The notes under the pieces were generated by a model, which saw nothing but the letters and a program-made list of their open reading frames with translations, did not search any database and had not been told where the DNA came from. Shown here piece by piece: positions 12,650 to 26,219 of a DNA stretch of 64,000 bases. The DNA comes from Octopus sinensis. Lineage: Eukaryota. Made by a program: the position numbers and the translations under genes. The first letter of the stretch is position 1. Each line of letters begins with the position of its first letter. Where the stretch lies: positions 44,888,001 through 44,952,000 of the forward strand of contig NC_043000.1 in the NCBI RefSeq assembly GCF_006345805.1, given 5' to 3'.

Positions 12650-14055
12650 ACACACACATCTTTCACTCCCTTTAGTCTCTGCCTGTCTCTGTCTGTCCCT
12701 GCTTCTCCGCTCTCTCTGTCCCTGCTGAATTATCCAGGAATGCGACAACACTAGTTCTGTACGAAAACGTTTGTCTGCTTGTGTGTATACATGAATGCTT
12801 GTATCTATATTTCTTTCAGTGTGCCTTTGTCTATATGTATGTATACATGCTTGTATGTATATATTTATGAATACACGTGTAAATTTATTTACTAAGGATT
12901 ATGCCTGATTCTAATACTGAAAGAGAAAGCATAGATATACAACCCTCACTTATGAATTACACGCTTTTTCCAGTCTTGTCTTGATTGTATGTAGTTCAGC
13001 CATTATTATATGTAGTTCTAATTACTAGTAATGAAAACAAATCAAGATGTTATTTCTGATTTGCAGCCAACCTTGTTCAGCAACAACGGTAATCAAATGC
13101 ATTCTAGCTATGTGAAATTCGTTTCCATTAAAATATTGTTTTAATATTGTATTAATATTGTATCTACTTTTCCATTCTCCAATACGCTTATCCATTTTAA
13201 AACGATACGTTGTGATTTCATGAAATTTCGTTGTTATTTCTATCAGTTACCCTAACTTCATAAAAACATTCATATTGGTTCGTCTGTGGGACAATTTTAA
13301 TTCCTGACGAAATTGCATATGAAATGCAAGAATATTTCATTTTGATTTCAAGATCACGCTGAAAGGTTCTCAGACAGTAATCAAATAAGATTGCATAAAA
13401 CATGCTATTGACTGCAAGATCAAATGAAATGATTTATTAAAGCAATTTATTCCATAATATGATTCACCAAAGCCTTATACATTTAGTGAAGATATATGCA
13501 GCTGAATGAGTCAATATTGAGCTTGACAGCTAGCTGCATGGTTAGCACTTGCCAGTAGCTCATGCTAAATGCATCAAAAATATTATTAATCAAACCAACA
13601 TAACAGAAAATTAAATACCACAAGTTTTAAGACATCTAACTGCAGCTGCATGCATCAGTAGTGTAGATTTAAATTTCCCTAAAATTTTATTGAATTTGCA
13701 GTGTCGATTTCAATATTTCCTTTACAGATATATTAGTAAGGACTTGTGGTATTTCCCAGACTGACATGCCTTTAGTAAAGTTACATAATGCAATACCTCA
13801 AGCCCACTGTGATCACCAACGGTTAAGTAATGAAACAATCGAATTATTAACCAATGTTTCTAACTTCAGTTTCTTTATTTTTCAATGTTTTCGTAGCGTG
13901 ATTAGATGTAGAATATATCAAACTTCTATAGAAAACACTGAGATTCATTTTGTCACACCGTTTGACATTCTTAGCTGAAATTTACCAGGGTCATCAAATT
14001 TTCTCTTCACACTTTCAGCGTCGATAGGAAAAGTAGTGTTTGTTGGTTTACTGGT

Positions 14056-14141
<86 letters not shown>

Positions 14142-14189
14142 GAGAGAGAGAGAACCAGTAAACCAACAAATATATATATATATATATGA

Positions 14190-14520
<331 letters not shown>

Positions 14521-16113
14521 GTGTGTATATGCGTGTGTGTGTGTGTACGTCTTCTCCATATACTTTGTGGCCTTGTCTCGATATGAGAATTCACATGATT
14601 TATCAGTTTTCTTTCGCTTCACAATGCTTTGATCGTCAAATTACTGTCCATATTAAAACAGTCTTCATTCAGTAGTAAGAATAACTGTATTAAAATAAAT
14701 GTACTTATAAATTATCTAAGTGATTTCAAAGTATTCGTCTTTGTAATTTGAAAGTAAAGATAAATTGACCATTTGACATAGGTTGATAACCGAATTAAAA
14801 TACATGCACGTACGCGAATGTAATATCAAAGTCTGCAAACATACAATGGTGATATCATCGAGCTTAAACGTATTCTGATCTTGGCATATTCTGTTTCTGC
14901 GATGATAGATTAATGTGCCAAAAGTCAATGAAGGTCTGGAGAATCTTGGATTAAATGCAACCTAATAATGGAGCTGCAGTATGGATGAATTAACCTAAAG
15001 AAAAATTTCGCCATACTGACTGGATATTCCCCTCTTTCTCTGTCTTTATCGATGTATCTCCATTTCTGTTCTAACACAACTATAACATTTTTAATTAAAC
15101 GCCATATAATAGTTTATCAACTGACAGCTTCCCGTTACATTAGAAATTTATTGATTTGCCAGTTATTACGCATTCACTAAAAGTGGGAGGAAAAGTACAA
15201 ATCCTAAATATAATCAAATCCATTAGCATAGCACGTTGACATAATAAGAAATCTTTCAGGAATATCTAGATCAATACCTTACACTCTCAGGATAGCGTAG
15301 AGATACGAATCGTAGATTAGTAGACTAATTAAATGCGGTTATTTAGTTCCGCTTCTTTATATTTTGAATTCAAATTCCGCTACGGTTAACTTTACAGTTC
15401 ATTTTTTAAATGACTGATAAAATTTAATACCAGTACAAGGAAACGATTCCTCTCCCTTGTCAGTAACTTTCTTTTTCCCTGTCTCTGTTTCTATCTATTT
15501 CTGTCTCTCTCTCTCTTCCTCTCACTCATTCTATCCATCTATCTATCTACCTATCTAACTATGTATTAATGATTCTGTCAATTTTTGTCTGTTTCTGTCT
15601 GTTTCTCTCTTTCTCTTATTCACTTCATCTATCTATCTATGTATGTATCTATCGATCTCTGTGAATCTTCCAATTACAGATACGATACATACATAATATA
15701 TGCATACATATACATACACTCATTAATAAATATATTAGTTACATAGATAGGCCGGTAGACAGGTAGAAAAAAAAGGAACGGAGAGTCAGACAGACATACA
15801 GACTGACAGACATAGGATATACATGTACTTGAAAGTTTCAACCCTGTCACATGGTATGACGCTCATTCGCTCATTCGACGCTCATTGGAAATACATCACA
15901 GGTACACATGTCTGGATAATACTCACCCACATAAACGTTAAGGTCACGAACATGATTTAGTCGCTCGAACTGCTGAATTCATCTTCCTGACTGACAGAGA
16001 ATTCACCACACGTTATGGTGACCTATCTTTGACACGTGTTAGTTTACGCATAGTTGCTTCCTTTACCTTCTTAGATGAAATTCCGAAACTCTGCCATAAT
16101 GGATTTAAACTTC

Positions 16114-16243
16114 ATTTCTACGTGGTTAATAATATTAGTATTATTTCTACGTGGTTAATATTATTAGTATTATTTCTACGTGGTTAATAATATTAGTATT
16201 ATTTCTACGTAGAATTAGTATTATTTCTACGTGGTTAATAATA
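16114..16243. repeat. 29-bp minisatellite (~4.5 copies, atttctacgtggttaataatattagtatt)
   Basis: Direct reading; the fourth copy is internally deleted. Confidence 0.85.
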
Positions 16244-17399
16244 AGCAGTAACGAATTGGTATTAATTCAATCGACTCTACTAACATCCACCTTTCGTGAT
16301 AAGTTTAGAAATATTTCTCTTTGTTTCTCTGTCTCTCTTTCTCTCTAGTTCTCTATATGCTCTTTCTTTCTCTTTCCCTCTCTATTTCTCTCTTCTCTCT
16401 CCTTCTCTCTCTTCCGCTTGTTCTCTCACTCCCTGTCCGGATCACAACACGTCAAAGTGATATGGTGTGAAACTACCAACTGCAACGTTCCGTGGAAGTT
16501 CTAGTTTGTAATATGAATCGATGATGCTGGTGATGATGACGACGACGACAACAAAGGTGAAGAAGAAGGAAAAGAAGAAAAATAACAACAACAACAGCAG
16601 CAGCTGCAGCAACAACCATACAACGACGATAAAAATCGTGATGTTAATGACAGCGGTCCAAAATGCATTTCAGATTGGTAATTTAAATGCCGAACTCTCT
16701 TCATCTCAATCCTCACTCCTTTCTTTTCTCACGTTCCCTCGCCGCTCTTTCTGTCTTTCGTCTAAACAAAATTTGAAAATTGTTAAAGCTAATTTATGAA
16801 GAAACTTAAGGAAATTGCAGTAGGTGTATCAAAATATATTTACCCTTTAATGAAACACAATTATTGTTTAGGTTGTGTAACCCCATTCCTTCCTGATTGA
16901 ACAAATCTATGATCGTTAACATTGCAAATCACGGCCATCTTATATTGTTTTAACTTTGGTGGGGGGCTTTCCTTATCATAATGCAACCAGGCCTACAATT
17001 TCTAGTACACCAGCACTTTTTCACGAAGTAATTTGAGAGATATGTGGTTGTTAATTTTAGCAGATCGAATCAGTTAATCGCTGGACAGAATGTCATGCAA
17101 AATCTAAATTTTGCATCGCTAATTCCTCGTTTAAATGACTTATCGATAATTTCATAAAATGAGGGATTAACTTTCAATATAATATATTGATTGAATGGAA
17201 TTTAACAAAATGTCTAAAGATATAATCTTCGTAGCTTGAAGAATAAATTTATATATAAATATGTACATGTGTATTAGTGTATCAATCGCTATGTGGTTAG
17301 GGAATGTGCTACATATCTACATGGTTTCAAGCCCGATCTCAATACAGGACTATTTCAGCAAATGTCAGAAATTCAAACGATTTATATACCCTTGTATGC

Positions 17400-18400
17400 T
17401 CCTGAATGCTACCACATAACTTTACATTTCGCATTATCATTACTGAGACATTCTTTTTTTAGTCATATAATATTTCTCAATTACTGCCTACACCAAAATC
17501 TTATTCTTCATAAGTTCTACCTCATTTTCAGCGCCACAAGGTAATATGTCTCCATTTAGCTCTTAGCTGACCGCATTAAACATAAACTCATATATGTACC
17601 CATAAACTTCACTTGTTCTCAGCTTCTTATATTAGATTTTGATATTTACCAATCTCGTCTTCCCTCTTCTATTCGATCATTTTTCCGCCTAACGATCTTA
17701 TCGTATATCTCGAAATACTTTTTCTCTATTCATACTCATAGAACTATTTCATACTCATAGAACCAACCCATGCCCCATAACTCTTCAACTTCACCTTCCC
17801 CTTAAACACGCCCGGCAACTTTTTACCGTTGAGTATATCATATCGACATCTATTCTCTTACTCACGAGCCCTTTACTTCCCATCTTTCATATCTACTCTC
17901 TTTAAAACGTCAATATACTTTCTTGACATTTCCATTTCCCATTACTAGCCATAGTCTACTTTGCTATCTTTTACAAATCAACTCAATCTCACTAACTCCT
18001 CAATTTCCCGGGCCCACTCTAAGCCAGTTATCTTCTGTTGATAATTCCTCTACGTATGCCGGTGTCAGTAGCCGTCTTGCTCTCTAATACTCCACTCCAT
18101 ACACTGATAAATACTTCGATATTCACATTCACATAATCACTCTTACAACAGCCTACGATCACACACGCTGTGTCATTTTATGCAACAAAAATTTCTTTGC
18201 CAACCTTCCATTCACACTCTTAAAATCTCGCACTCTCTCACATGCTTTTATGACACTCTCACATACAAATTCCATTGCATGACCGATATTATTCCATCTC
18301 ACAACAAAACTCATCCATCAGAAACCATATCCTCTTGCTCACTTCAGTACCACACGTTTTTGCTATGTTGCTTCGATGATGAATATTTTCTCCAACAATT
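17400..18400 (-). mobile_element. Probable heavily decayed RTE-like LINE C-terminal relic
   Basis: Purine-skewed minus strand with faint RTE-like peptides (W.GH-like, RGRRDW); no open frame. Confidence 0.3.
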
Positions 18401-20605
18401 TTATTTCCTTTGTTACCCTATGTGTGTTTACGAATGACAAGACATCTAAAATGTTGATACTGCTTTCTTTTTTTACATCATGATACATTATATTATTCTC
18501 TTGTTTCTTTCATTTTATTCGTTAAACTGTTCCTTAATCCGTTATTCATTTTATCACGGTCAGTCGGCTCCTGAGCGATTTTAATGACGTCTTCTCAACT
18601 GCAAGTATTAAGGGTATGTATAAAGGGAGAGGATAGTTTCTTCTTGGAAACTCTGAAAGTAATTATGCATGCTGCAATTCTTTCTCGTGTTCAGACGTTA
18701 AATAAGTATTTATCTTTGTTTATAATATATTTCCAATTTACTAGTCTCTTACAAAACTAGGTTCACAAGAAGTTTAGAGCGTTTTATTTATTTACTTTGC
18801 AAAATCAAATATTTCCAATATTGACCTTGTCTATATTTCCTGAAGAATTGGTACATCATACCCTAGATTTTGTTGTCGTTCAGCACCATGATTTCCCTCT
18901 CCGACCATATTTATAATGAATGGCATTATAATCATTACTAGGCATCTTCTTTTCAGATATTATATTTGGAATTACATTGTCTAATGTGACACAGACTTTC
19001 CAATATTGTAGAGTTTGATATGAGGTAGAATTTGCTGGTTATTTCTAGCAGAATGAATAATACATGTAGACGTTCCTTTGCAAGAATGCGCCAGTCAAAA
19101 TAGTGTTATGCTGAGGAGTTTCGCTAAACTAAACCCATTCCATTATAATGATGTAAACTCCGAATCTGACAAAAATATTGATATGATATTGTAGAAGCCG
19201 TTGTTTAGCTTCAAGTTGGTCGTGATCGCGAGGAATTTAGGATCAAAGACATTCAAGTCACAACCACACACGTCTTTTATGTTCATTTTATCCAAGGAAT
19301 TGTGTAACCCGGACAACATTATCCATTGGGATCTCTTTTAAATGAGTAGCGCATTGTTTGGCTGAGAATTTCCTCTGCTATTTTTAGCAGATCAGGTTCT
19401 TACATAGAGAAATCCTCGTCGATTCAAAAGAATCAATTTTGATGGAGTTTATGATGCAATTAAATCAATGAGGATGACGAAAACGAGGATTCGATACAAT
19501 CAATATCAGGTTAATAATTGTGGATTAAAGGGATCCCTAACTCTCAATCCTGGAAGCAAAAGATGAAAATGTCCAATTGTACTCAAGGTCAAAGAGACGA
19601 TAATCAATAACGTCTTAATGATTTGTAATAATTATGGCAATAATCATTAACGTATAATGATTCAATTACCTCTGGTTCACATATTATCCCTAAAACATTG
19701 GACTGCATCTATGCAAAATTGTTTGAGCAGAAATATAGACAGAGACAAAGGGAGACAAATAGTCGAACAGACAGACAGATAGGAAGACAGACAGATAGAT
19801 AAATATATCAACTTACTGATGCAGAAATAAATACATGCATACTGGCATGCTTATATAAGTTGTTGATAGACAGATAGATTAGAGATCATAGTAAATATTA
19901 TAGAGAATAGAAGGGGAGACAATGAAAGAGAAATACATACGCCCCTAGAGCATTAAAGGAACAGTTAATGACTTCAGGAAAGGGGTGGATCTCTTAATAT
20001 TTTAAGTAAGGGAGGGTTGTGGATAACCGAATCATTAAAATATCGGCTAAACTGATTGTTGGTATTTATTTATGACCTTTAACATTTTGGCTTCAAATCC
20101 TGCCGCGATCAACGTTGTCGTTCATCCTTTCAAGGTCGATAATATAAACCGCTTTAATCAACGATGCCCTCTTTTAGAATATGCGGTATTCTGCCGATGT
20201 TAAAATTCGATAACATTCATTAATTTAATATTGATATGAAAACGAAATCCAAAAGGATATTTTTCAACTGAACAATTTAGAAAAGAAAAGGATGAGTTCA
20301 TATTTTTCAGACCTGCTGAATCAGAGTTCATTCCATTAAAGACACCCAAGAACATCAAGCTGCGCTATTAAACTGTTTGATAGATTGAGTCTACTGTTAA
20401 GATGCAATATCTATTTTTATCTATATGTTTCTCATTCTCTCGATGTGACTTCTGTGTTTCTATCCATCCAGTTCAACTAAACTTTCGTTTCTTTCTTAAA
20501 TGGATATCTTAAATTTCATCGTATATATATGCGGGGTGTTGGGGATGTGGGGGTGTGGGAGGGGTGCATGCGCATATGGGTGTACGTGTGTGTGTCTTTA
20601 TATAT

Positions 20606-20725
20606 GTGTTTGTCCCCACCACCGATTGACAACCGGTGTTGGTGTGTTTACGCCATAGTAACTTAGTTGTTCAGCAAAAGATACCGATAGAATAAGTCCC
20701 AGGCATTAGAAAAACAAATTAAAAG
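20606..20725 (+). mobile_element. tRNA-SINE family A, left part (interrupted; resumes at 22579-22665)
   Basis: gacaaccggtgttggtgtgtttacg...ccgatagaataagt matches the family A body. The tail (gtcgac...ggtggtacctcagcat...) resumes after the inserted palindrome. Confidence 0.7.
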
Positions 20726-21216
20726 TAATACAGTTCTATATTTAAGAGATGAGGAATTATGTACATTATTTACATTATTTACATTCGACGGATATTTGTC
20801 CTTACCTTTGTTTTTAAATTCAGCGTTTCGGCTGATGTCCCCTCCAGATCGGGTTCTTACATAGAGAAATCCTCGGCGATTCAAAAGAATCAATTTTGAT
20901 GGAGTTTATGATGTGATTAAATCAATGAGGATGAGGAAAACGAGGATTCGATACAATCAATATCAGGTTAATAATTGTGGATTAAAGGGATCCCTAACTC
21001 CCAATCCTCAAAGCAAAAGATGAAAATGTCTAATTGTACTCAAGGTCAAAGAGACGATAATCTTCGGGTGTCTTGGGGAAATTTCGAACCTGGATTCTCA
21101 TTCCTAAGGTATTTTTCGATGTTATTATTATTGTTGTTGTTCAGGTCACTGCTTGGAATCAAACTCGGAATCTTGGGGTTAGTAGCCCACGCTCTTAACC
21201 ACTACGCCTTATGCCC
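20726..21216 (-). mobile_element. Left arm: tRNA-head/(AAC/AAT)n/HHR-tail SINE-like unit
   Basis: Minus strand: tRNA-like head (21216-21141), aacaacaataat, catcgaaaaataccttaggaatgagaa..., split HHR, then ggacaaatatccgtcgaatgtaaataatg... Confidence 0.8.
20845..21062 (+). repeat. 218-bp copy of 19388-19605 inserted into the left-arm HHR
   Basis: About 9 substitutions versus the donor, same orientation, junction microhomologies cag and tc. Confidence 0.9.
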
Positions 21217-21309
21217 GGGCATATGGTGTAGTAGTTAAGAGCGCGAGCTACTAACCCCAAGATTCTGAGTTCGATTCCAAGCAGTGACCAGAATAATAAT
21301 AATAATAAT

Positions 21310-21345
<36 letters not shown>

Positions 21346-21372
21346 AATAATAATGATAATAATAATAATAAT

Positions 21373-21414
<42 letters not shown>

Positions 21415-21443
21415 AATAATAATGATAATAATAATAATAATAA

Positions 21444-22403
21444 GCACATGAAAAATTAGCAAGCAGATGGGAACAGAAACCTCTCCATGGCAAGTATGTG
21501 GCCCGTAGCAAACAAGCTGATGTCGACCAGAAACACACACACCAATGGTCACAAAGCTCAGGGCTAAAAGCAGAGAGTGAAGGTTTCATATTAGCTGCTC
21601 AAGACCAAAGCTTATAAACCAGGAACTACCAAGCCAATGTGATAAAAAATGGAGCTGACCCAAAATGCCGATTCTGTAACAATGAGATTGAAACAATAGA
21701 CCACCTAATCTCATGGTGTAGAGTCTTAGCACCTGCAGAATATAAAGCAATACATGACAGAGTCGGCCAGTATTTACATTGGACAATATGTCAGCATTTT
21801 AAAATCAAAACCGCTGACAAATGGTATAAACACCATCCTGAAGCTATGACTGAGGGAGAAAATGTGTCGATTCTATGGGACTTCCCCGTACAGACCGACA
21901 AGATTATAAAAGCTAATAAACCGGATATTATTATAAAATATCAGACAAAAAAGGTGTGTTTATTAATTGACATGAGTATTCCTTGCGATCACAATATAGC
22001 GGCGAAAGAATTTGACAAGATTAGTAAATATAAAGACTTACTGAGAGAAATTGAAAAAATGTGGCATCTCAAGGCGACTACAGTACCAGGGATTGTAGGA
22101 TCTCTAGGAATGATAAAAAAAAAGGTACTGAAACCTATTTGAAAATGATTCCAGGCTTACCATCCCTACAGAAAAAGCAAAAAATCGTACTAACTGGAAC
22201 GGCTCATGTACTGAGAAGAGCACTATCGCTGTGAAAACAACATCCATTCATGAATTTATTTATTTATTAATTTTTAAAAACATAATTTATCTGTGAATTT
22301 GCGTGTGTAATCTGGGAATACATGCAATGCCCTTCTCTGCCCTAGGTGTATGGAAAACACTCGGCGAGAAACGGAAGAAAATTTGAAGAAAGAAGGAAAA
22401 AAC
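21444..22403 (+). mobile_element. 5'-truncated R4/Dong-type non-LTR retrotransposon (CCHC + restriction-like endonuclease, 3' UTR)
   Basis: ESEGFILAAQDQ, CRFCNNEIETIDHLISWC zinc knuckle, KPDII...LIDMSIP...KISKYKDL PD-(D/E)xK fold. One stop and a frameshift in an A-run; (AAT)n on both sides. Confidence 0.85.
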
Positions 22404-22480
22404 ATAATAATAATAATAGTAATAATAATGACATCGAAAAAACCTTAGAAATGAGAACCCAGGTTCGAAATTTCCCCAAG

Positions 22481-22524
22481 ACACCTGAAGAAGGCTGGAG
22501 AGTATATCAGCCAAAACGTTGTGT
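22481..22524 (+). ncRNA. Minimal hammerhead motif in SINE tail (G12->A in this copy)
   Basis: acac-CTGAAGA-a-ggctg...cagcc-AAAAC-GTT-gtgt. The left-arm copy retains cagccGAAAC. Confidence 0.7.
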
Positions 22525-22739
22525 TAACAACAAACAAGATGAGGACAAATACCTGTCGAATGTAAATAAGGTAAAATAAAAAGTATTAGGATCGGTAAGG
22601 TCGACTCAAATTCTTCAAGGTGGTACCTCAGCATAGCTGCGCTCTAAACGGGTGAAAGTAAAAGATAAACACACATATGCCTCCACACACACATACGCAT
22701 GCACACACACATACACGCACACACCCACATCTATCTATT

Positions 22740-22835
<96 letters not shown>

Positions 22836-22996
22836 ACAAGGATGTACATTATATAAGAGGGATGTATATATGTAATATAATTTTTCTGAATCTTCAGATT
22901 TATCAATATGCTAGGCCACTAGTTTTAAATTGATATTAATCAAATTAATATTCAATTGTTCACCCTTATTATTTAAATATATATATATATATATAT

Positions 22997-24527
22997 AAAT
23001 GCCATTTGCACACCGTCCGCAGCGAGAGATTAGTTTAAAGCACGGTTAGATACAAATCTCTGCATTTCCATGCCTCAACTTAAAATATATATCCCCATCT
23101 ATATTGAAGTTTCATTTAAACACATTTCGTTTTCTAGATATTTTACCAACTAAACCTAAAAGCAGTAATCTTCGCATAACATGGCATTATCATACGTCAG
23201 CCAATTGTTTTCCGCTGAGGAGGACCCATTTGTTTATTTTCACTGCTTACTATTTCTGAGAGGTTCGTGAGGATACAATCCTCACGCACATCCTCTATAG
23301 GGGGCTACCAGAAGTAACCATCATTACACTTTTGTACTGATTCACAAGAGCGACCAGTTGTAACTACATATGTTATCCACAAATGATGCACGTAGTCTAC
23401 TTTAAGGTCTCCTCCATCTTGACTCCATTTAAAAAAAATCTATTTTGTTATTATTTCCACGTGTCCGAAGTATTGGGACCATAATCTCTCCTTGCGGAAA
23501 AGTGACGGTTCGACCTGCAGAGACCACGAGACCTCCTTTTTTTGCGCACTCTGTTGAAAAGGTTCCTCCTAACAGTCCTCTGATGAACCAAATTCGGCTG
23601 TTTCTATTTGCGATGGTACTTTGTGCGCATTATCCAACATACATGACCTAGCTATAGATAGGCAGGGAAAACGAACAGGAGATAGCAAGCTGATTTCTAA
23701 CCACTACCCTTAACTTCTCAGGAATACATCGTATTATTTATATTATTTGCAAACACATACAGAATAGTCCTAATACGCATTGCAGTTGACACGCTATCAC
23801 GTAACGACAGCCATCGACATACATATTTACACATAGACACATACACACACACACAAAACTACACACAACAGCCTCACATACTACAGACAACATACCCACA
23901 CCAGAAGAAGACACGCATAAATTTGCAGATACACCCACATACGACCATATTACGACCATATACTCACGCACATTGCAACATATCAACACGCTGAAATGAC
24001 AAAACCACTTACATGCACACATACATTCATATGCAGTCACATACATAAACAAAACGCTGCCCGTCCAAATCCACATTCAATTTTATAATGCATCATATGC
24101 TTCATTGAGATTGTATCAAGTACAAAACTTGTACTACAGAGAATAGTCACATGTTATTAATTTATAATAATCTCCTATACATATGTAACATATCAATCAA
24201 TATTACAGTGCAATTATATTAGCATCCAAGGATGCACTGGTGTGTATAATTTCAATCTCTGCAACAGATCATCTGTTATGTACTTATTTTTATACTTATA
24301 CTTTTACACACACGCACATATATATATTTATATACAGAGAGACAGAGAGAGATTATACACACACACACATATATGCATATTTATACATATACATATAGAT
24401 ATATATGTATTTATACACGCGTACAAATACAAGCGCATAAAGTATCCCAAATATATATGATCATACGTGTGTAAAATTGTATGTATCTGTATATGCGTGT
24501 AGCGTATGTATTTATACATAGATCTAC

Positions 24528-24571
<44 letters not shown>

Positions 24572-26111
24572 TATATATATAAATGCCATTTGCACACCGT
24601 CCGCAGCGAGAGATTAGTTTAAAGCACGGTTAGATACAAATCTCTGCATTTCCATGCCTCAACTTAAAATATATATCCCCATCTATATTGAAGTTTCATT
24701 TAAACACATTTCGTTTTCTAGATATTTTACCAACTAAACCTAAAAGCAGTAATCTTCGCATAACATGGCATTATCATACGTCAGCCAATTGTTTTCCGCT
24801 GAGGAGGACCCATTTGTTTATTTTCACTGCTTACTATTTCTGAGAGGTTCGTGAGGATACAATCCTCACGCACATCCTCTATAGGGGGCTACCAGAAGTA
24901 ACCATCATTACACTTTTGTACTGAATTCACAAGAGCGACCAGTTGTAACTACATATGTTATCCACAAATGATGCACGTAGTCTACTTTAAGGTCTCCTCC
25001 ATCTTGACTCCATTTAAAAAAAATCTATTTTGTTATTATTTCCACGTGTCCGAAGTATTGGGACCATAATCTCTCCTTGCGGAAAAGTGACGGTTCGACC
25101 TGCAGAGACCACGAGACCTCCTTTTTTGCGCACTCTGTTGAAAAGGTTCCTCCTAACAGTCCTCTGATGAACCAAATTCGGCTGTTTCTATTTGCGATGG
25201 TACTTTGTGCGCATTATCCAACATACATGACCTAGCTATAGATAGGCAGGGAAAACGAACAGGAGATAGCAAGCTGATTTCTAACCACTACCCTTAACTT
25301 CTCAGGAATACATCGTATTATTTATATTATTTGCAAACACATACAGAATAGTCCTAATACGCATTGCAGTTGACACGCTATCACGTAACGACAGCCATCG
25401 ACATACATATTTACACATAGACACATACACACACACACACAAAACTACACACAACAGCCTCACATACTACAGACAACATACCCACACCAGAAGAAGACAC
25501 GCATAAATTTGCAGATACACCCACATACGACCATATTACGACCATATACTCACGCACATTGCAACATATCAACACGCTGAAATGACAAAACCACTTACAT
25601 GCACACATACATTCATATGCAGTCACATACATAAACAAAACGCTGCCCGTCCAAATCCACATTCAATTTTATAATGCATCATATGCTTCATTGAGATTGT
25701 ATCAAGTACAAAACTTGTACTACAGAGAATAGTCACATGTTATTAATTTATAATAATCTCCTATACATATGTAACATATCAATCAATATTACAGTGCAAT
25801 TATATTAGCATCCAAGGATGCACTGGTGTGTATAATTTCAATCTCTGCAACAGATCATCTGTTATGTACTTATTTTTATACTTATACTTTTACACACACG
25901 CACATATATATTTATATACAGAGAGACAGAGAGAGATTATACACACACACACATATATGCATATTTATACATATACATATAGATATATATGTATTTATAC
26001 ACGCGTACAAATACAAGCGCATAAAGTATCCCAAATATATATGATCATACGTGTGTAAAATTGTATGTATCTGTATATGCGTGTAGCGTATGTATTTATA
26101 CATAGATCTAC

Positions 26112-26158
<47 letters not shown>
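22997..26158. repeat. ~1584-bp near-identical tandem duplication bounded by (TA)n tracts
   Basis: Units start at aaatgccatttgcacacc (22997, 24581). By eye I found only four small indels, three of them in homopolymer or dinucleotide runs. Confidence 0.95.
23440..23660 (-). mobile_element. Decayed RTE-like LINE C-terminal fragment (duplicated at ~25025-25245)
   Basis: Minus-strand LGHVCW...RKKRRSRG resembles the RTE WLGHV...GRP region. Confidence 0.35.
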
Positions 26159-26161
<3 letters not shown>

Positions 26162-26219
26162 ACAGCTATGTATGCGTATTTATGTCCATATCTCTCGACA
26201 TATGTGTTTGTGTTTTTAA

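Larger units (their letters stand above)
21217..22577 (+). mobile_element. Right arm: tRNA-head/(AAT/AAC)n/HHR-tail SINE-like unit (hosts the Dong-type insertion)
   Basis: Head gggcatatggtgtagtagttaag...gagttcgattcc (A/B boxes) at 21217-21292; microsatellite; tail 22430-22577 with HHR. Confidence 0.8.

Noticed and set aside
16114-16243. CRISPR-like array
   Set aside because: The repeats are contiguous with no unique spacers, in a eukaryotic context; an ordinary minisatellite.
16435-16506. Helitron/HINE-like 3' end (...gttctagt) after a CT microsatellite
   Set aside because: No clear subterminal hairpin and no second copy in the window.
21141-21292. tRNA genes
   Set aside because: A/B boxes are present, but the anticodon and acceptor stems do not form a full cloverleaf. 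These are SINE heads.
23580-23600. CTGATGA here, and similar heptamers at 13304, 26350, 52503 and 61721
   Set aside because: No correctly placed GAAA/NUH or stems; chance matches.
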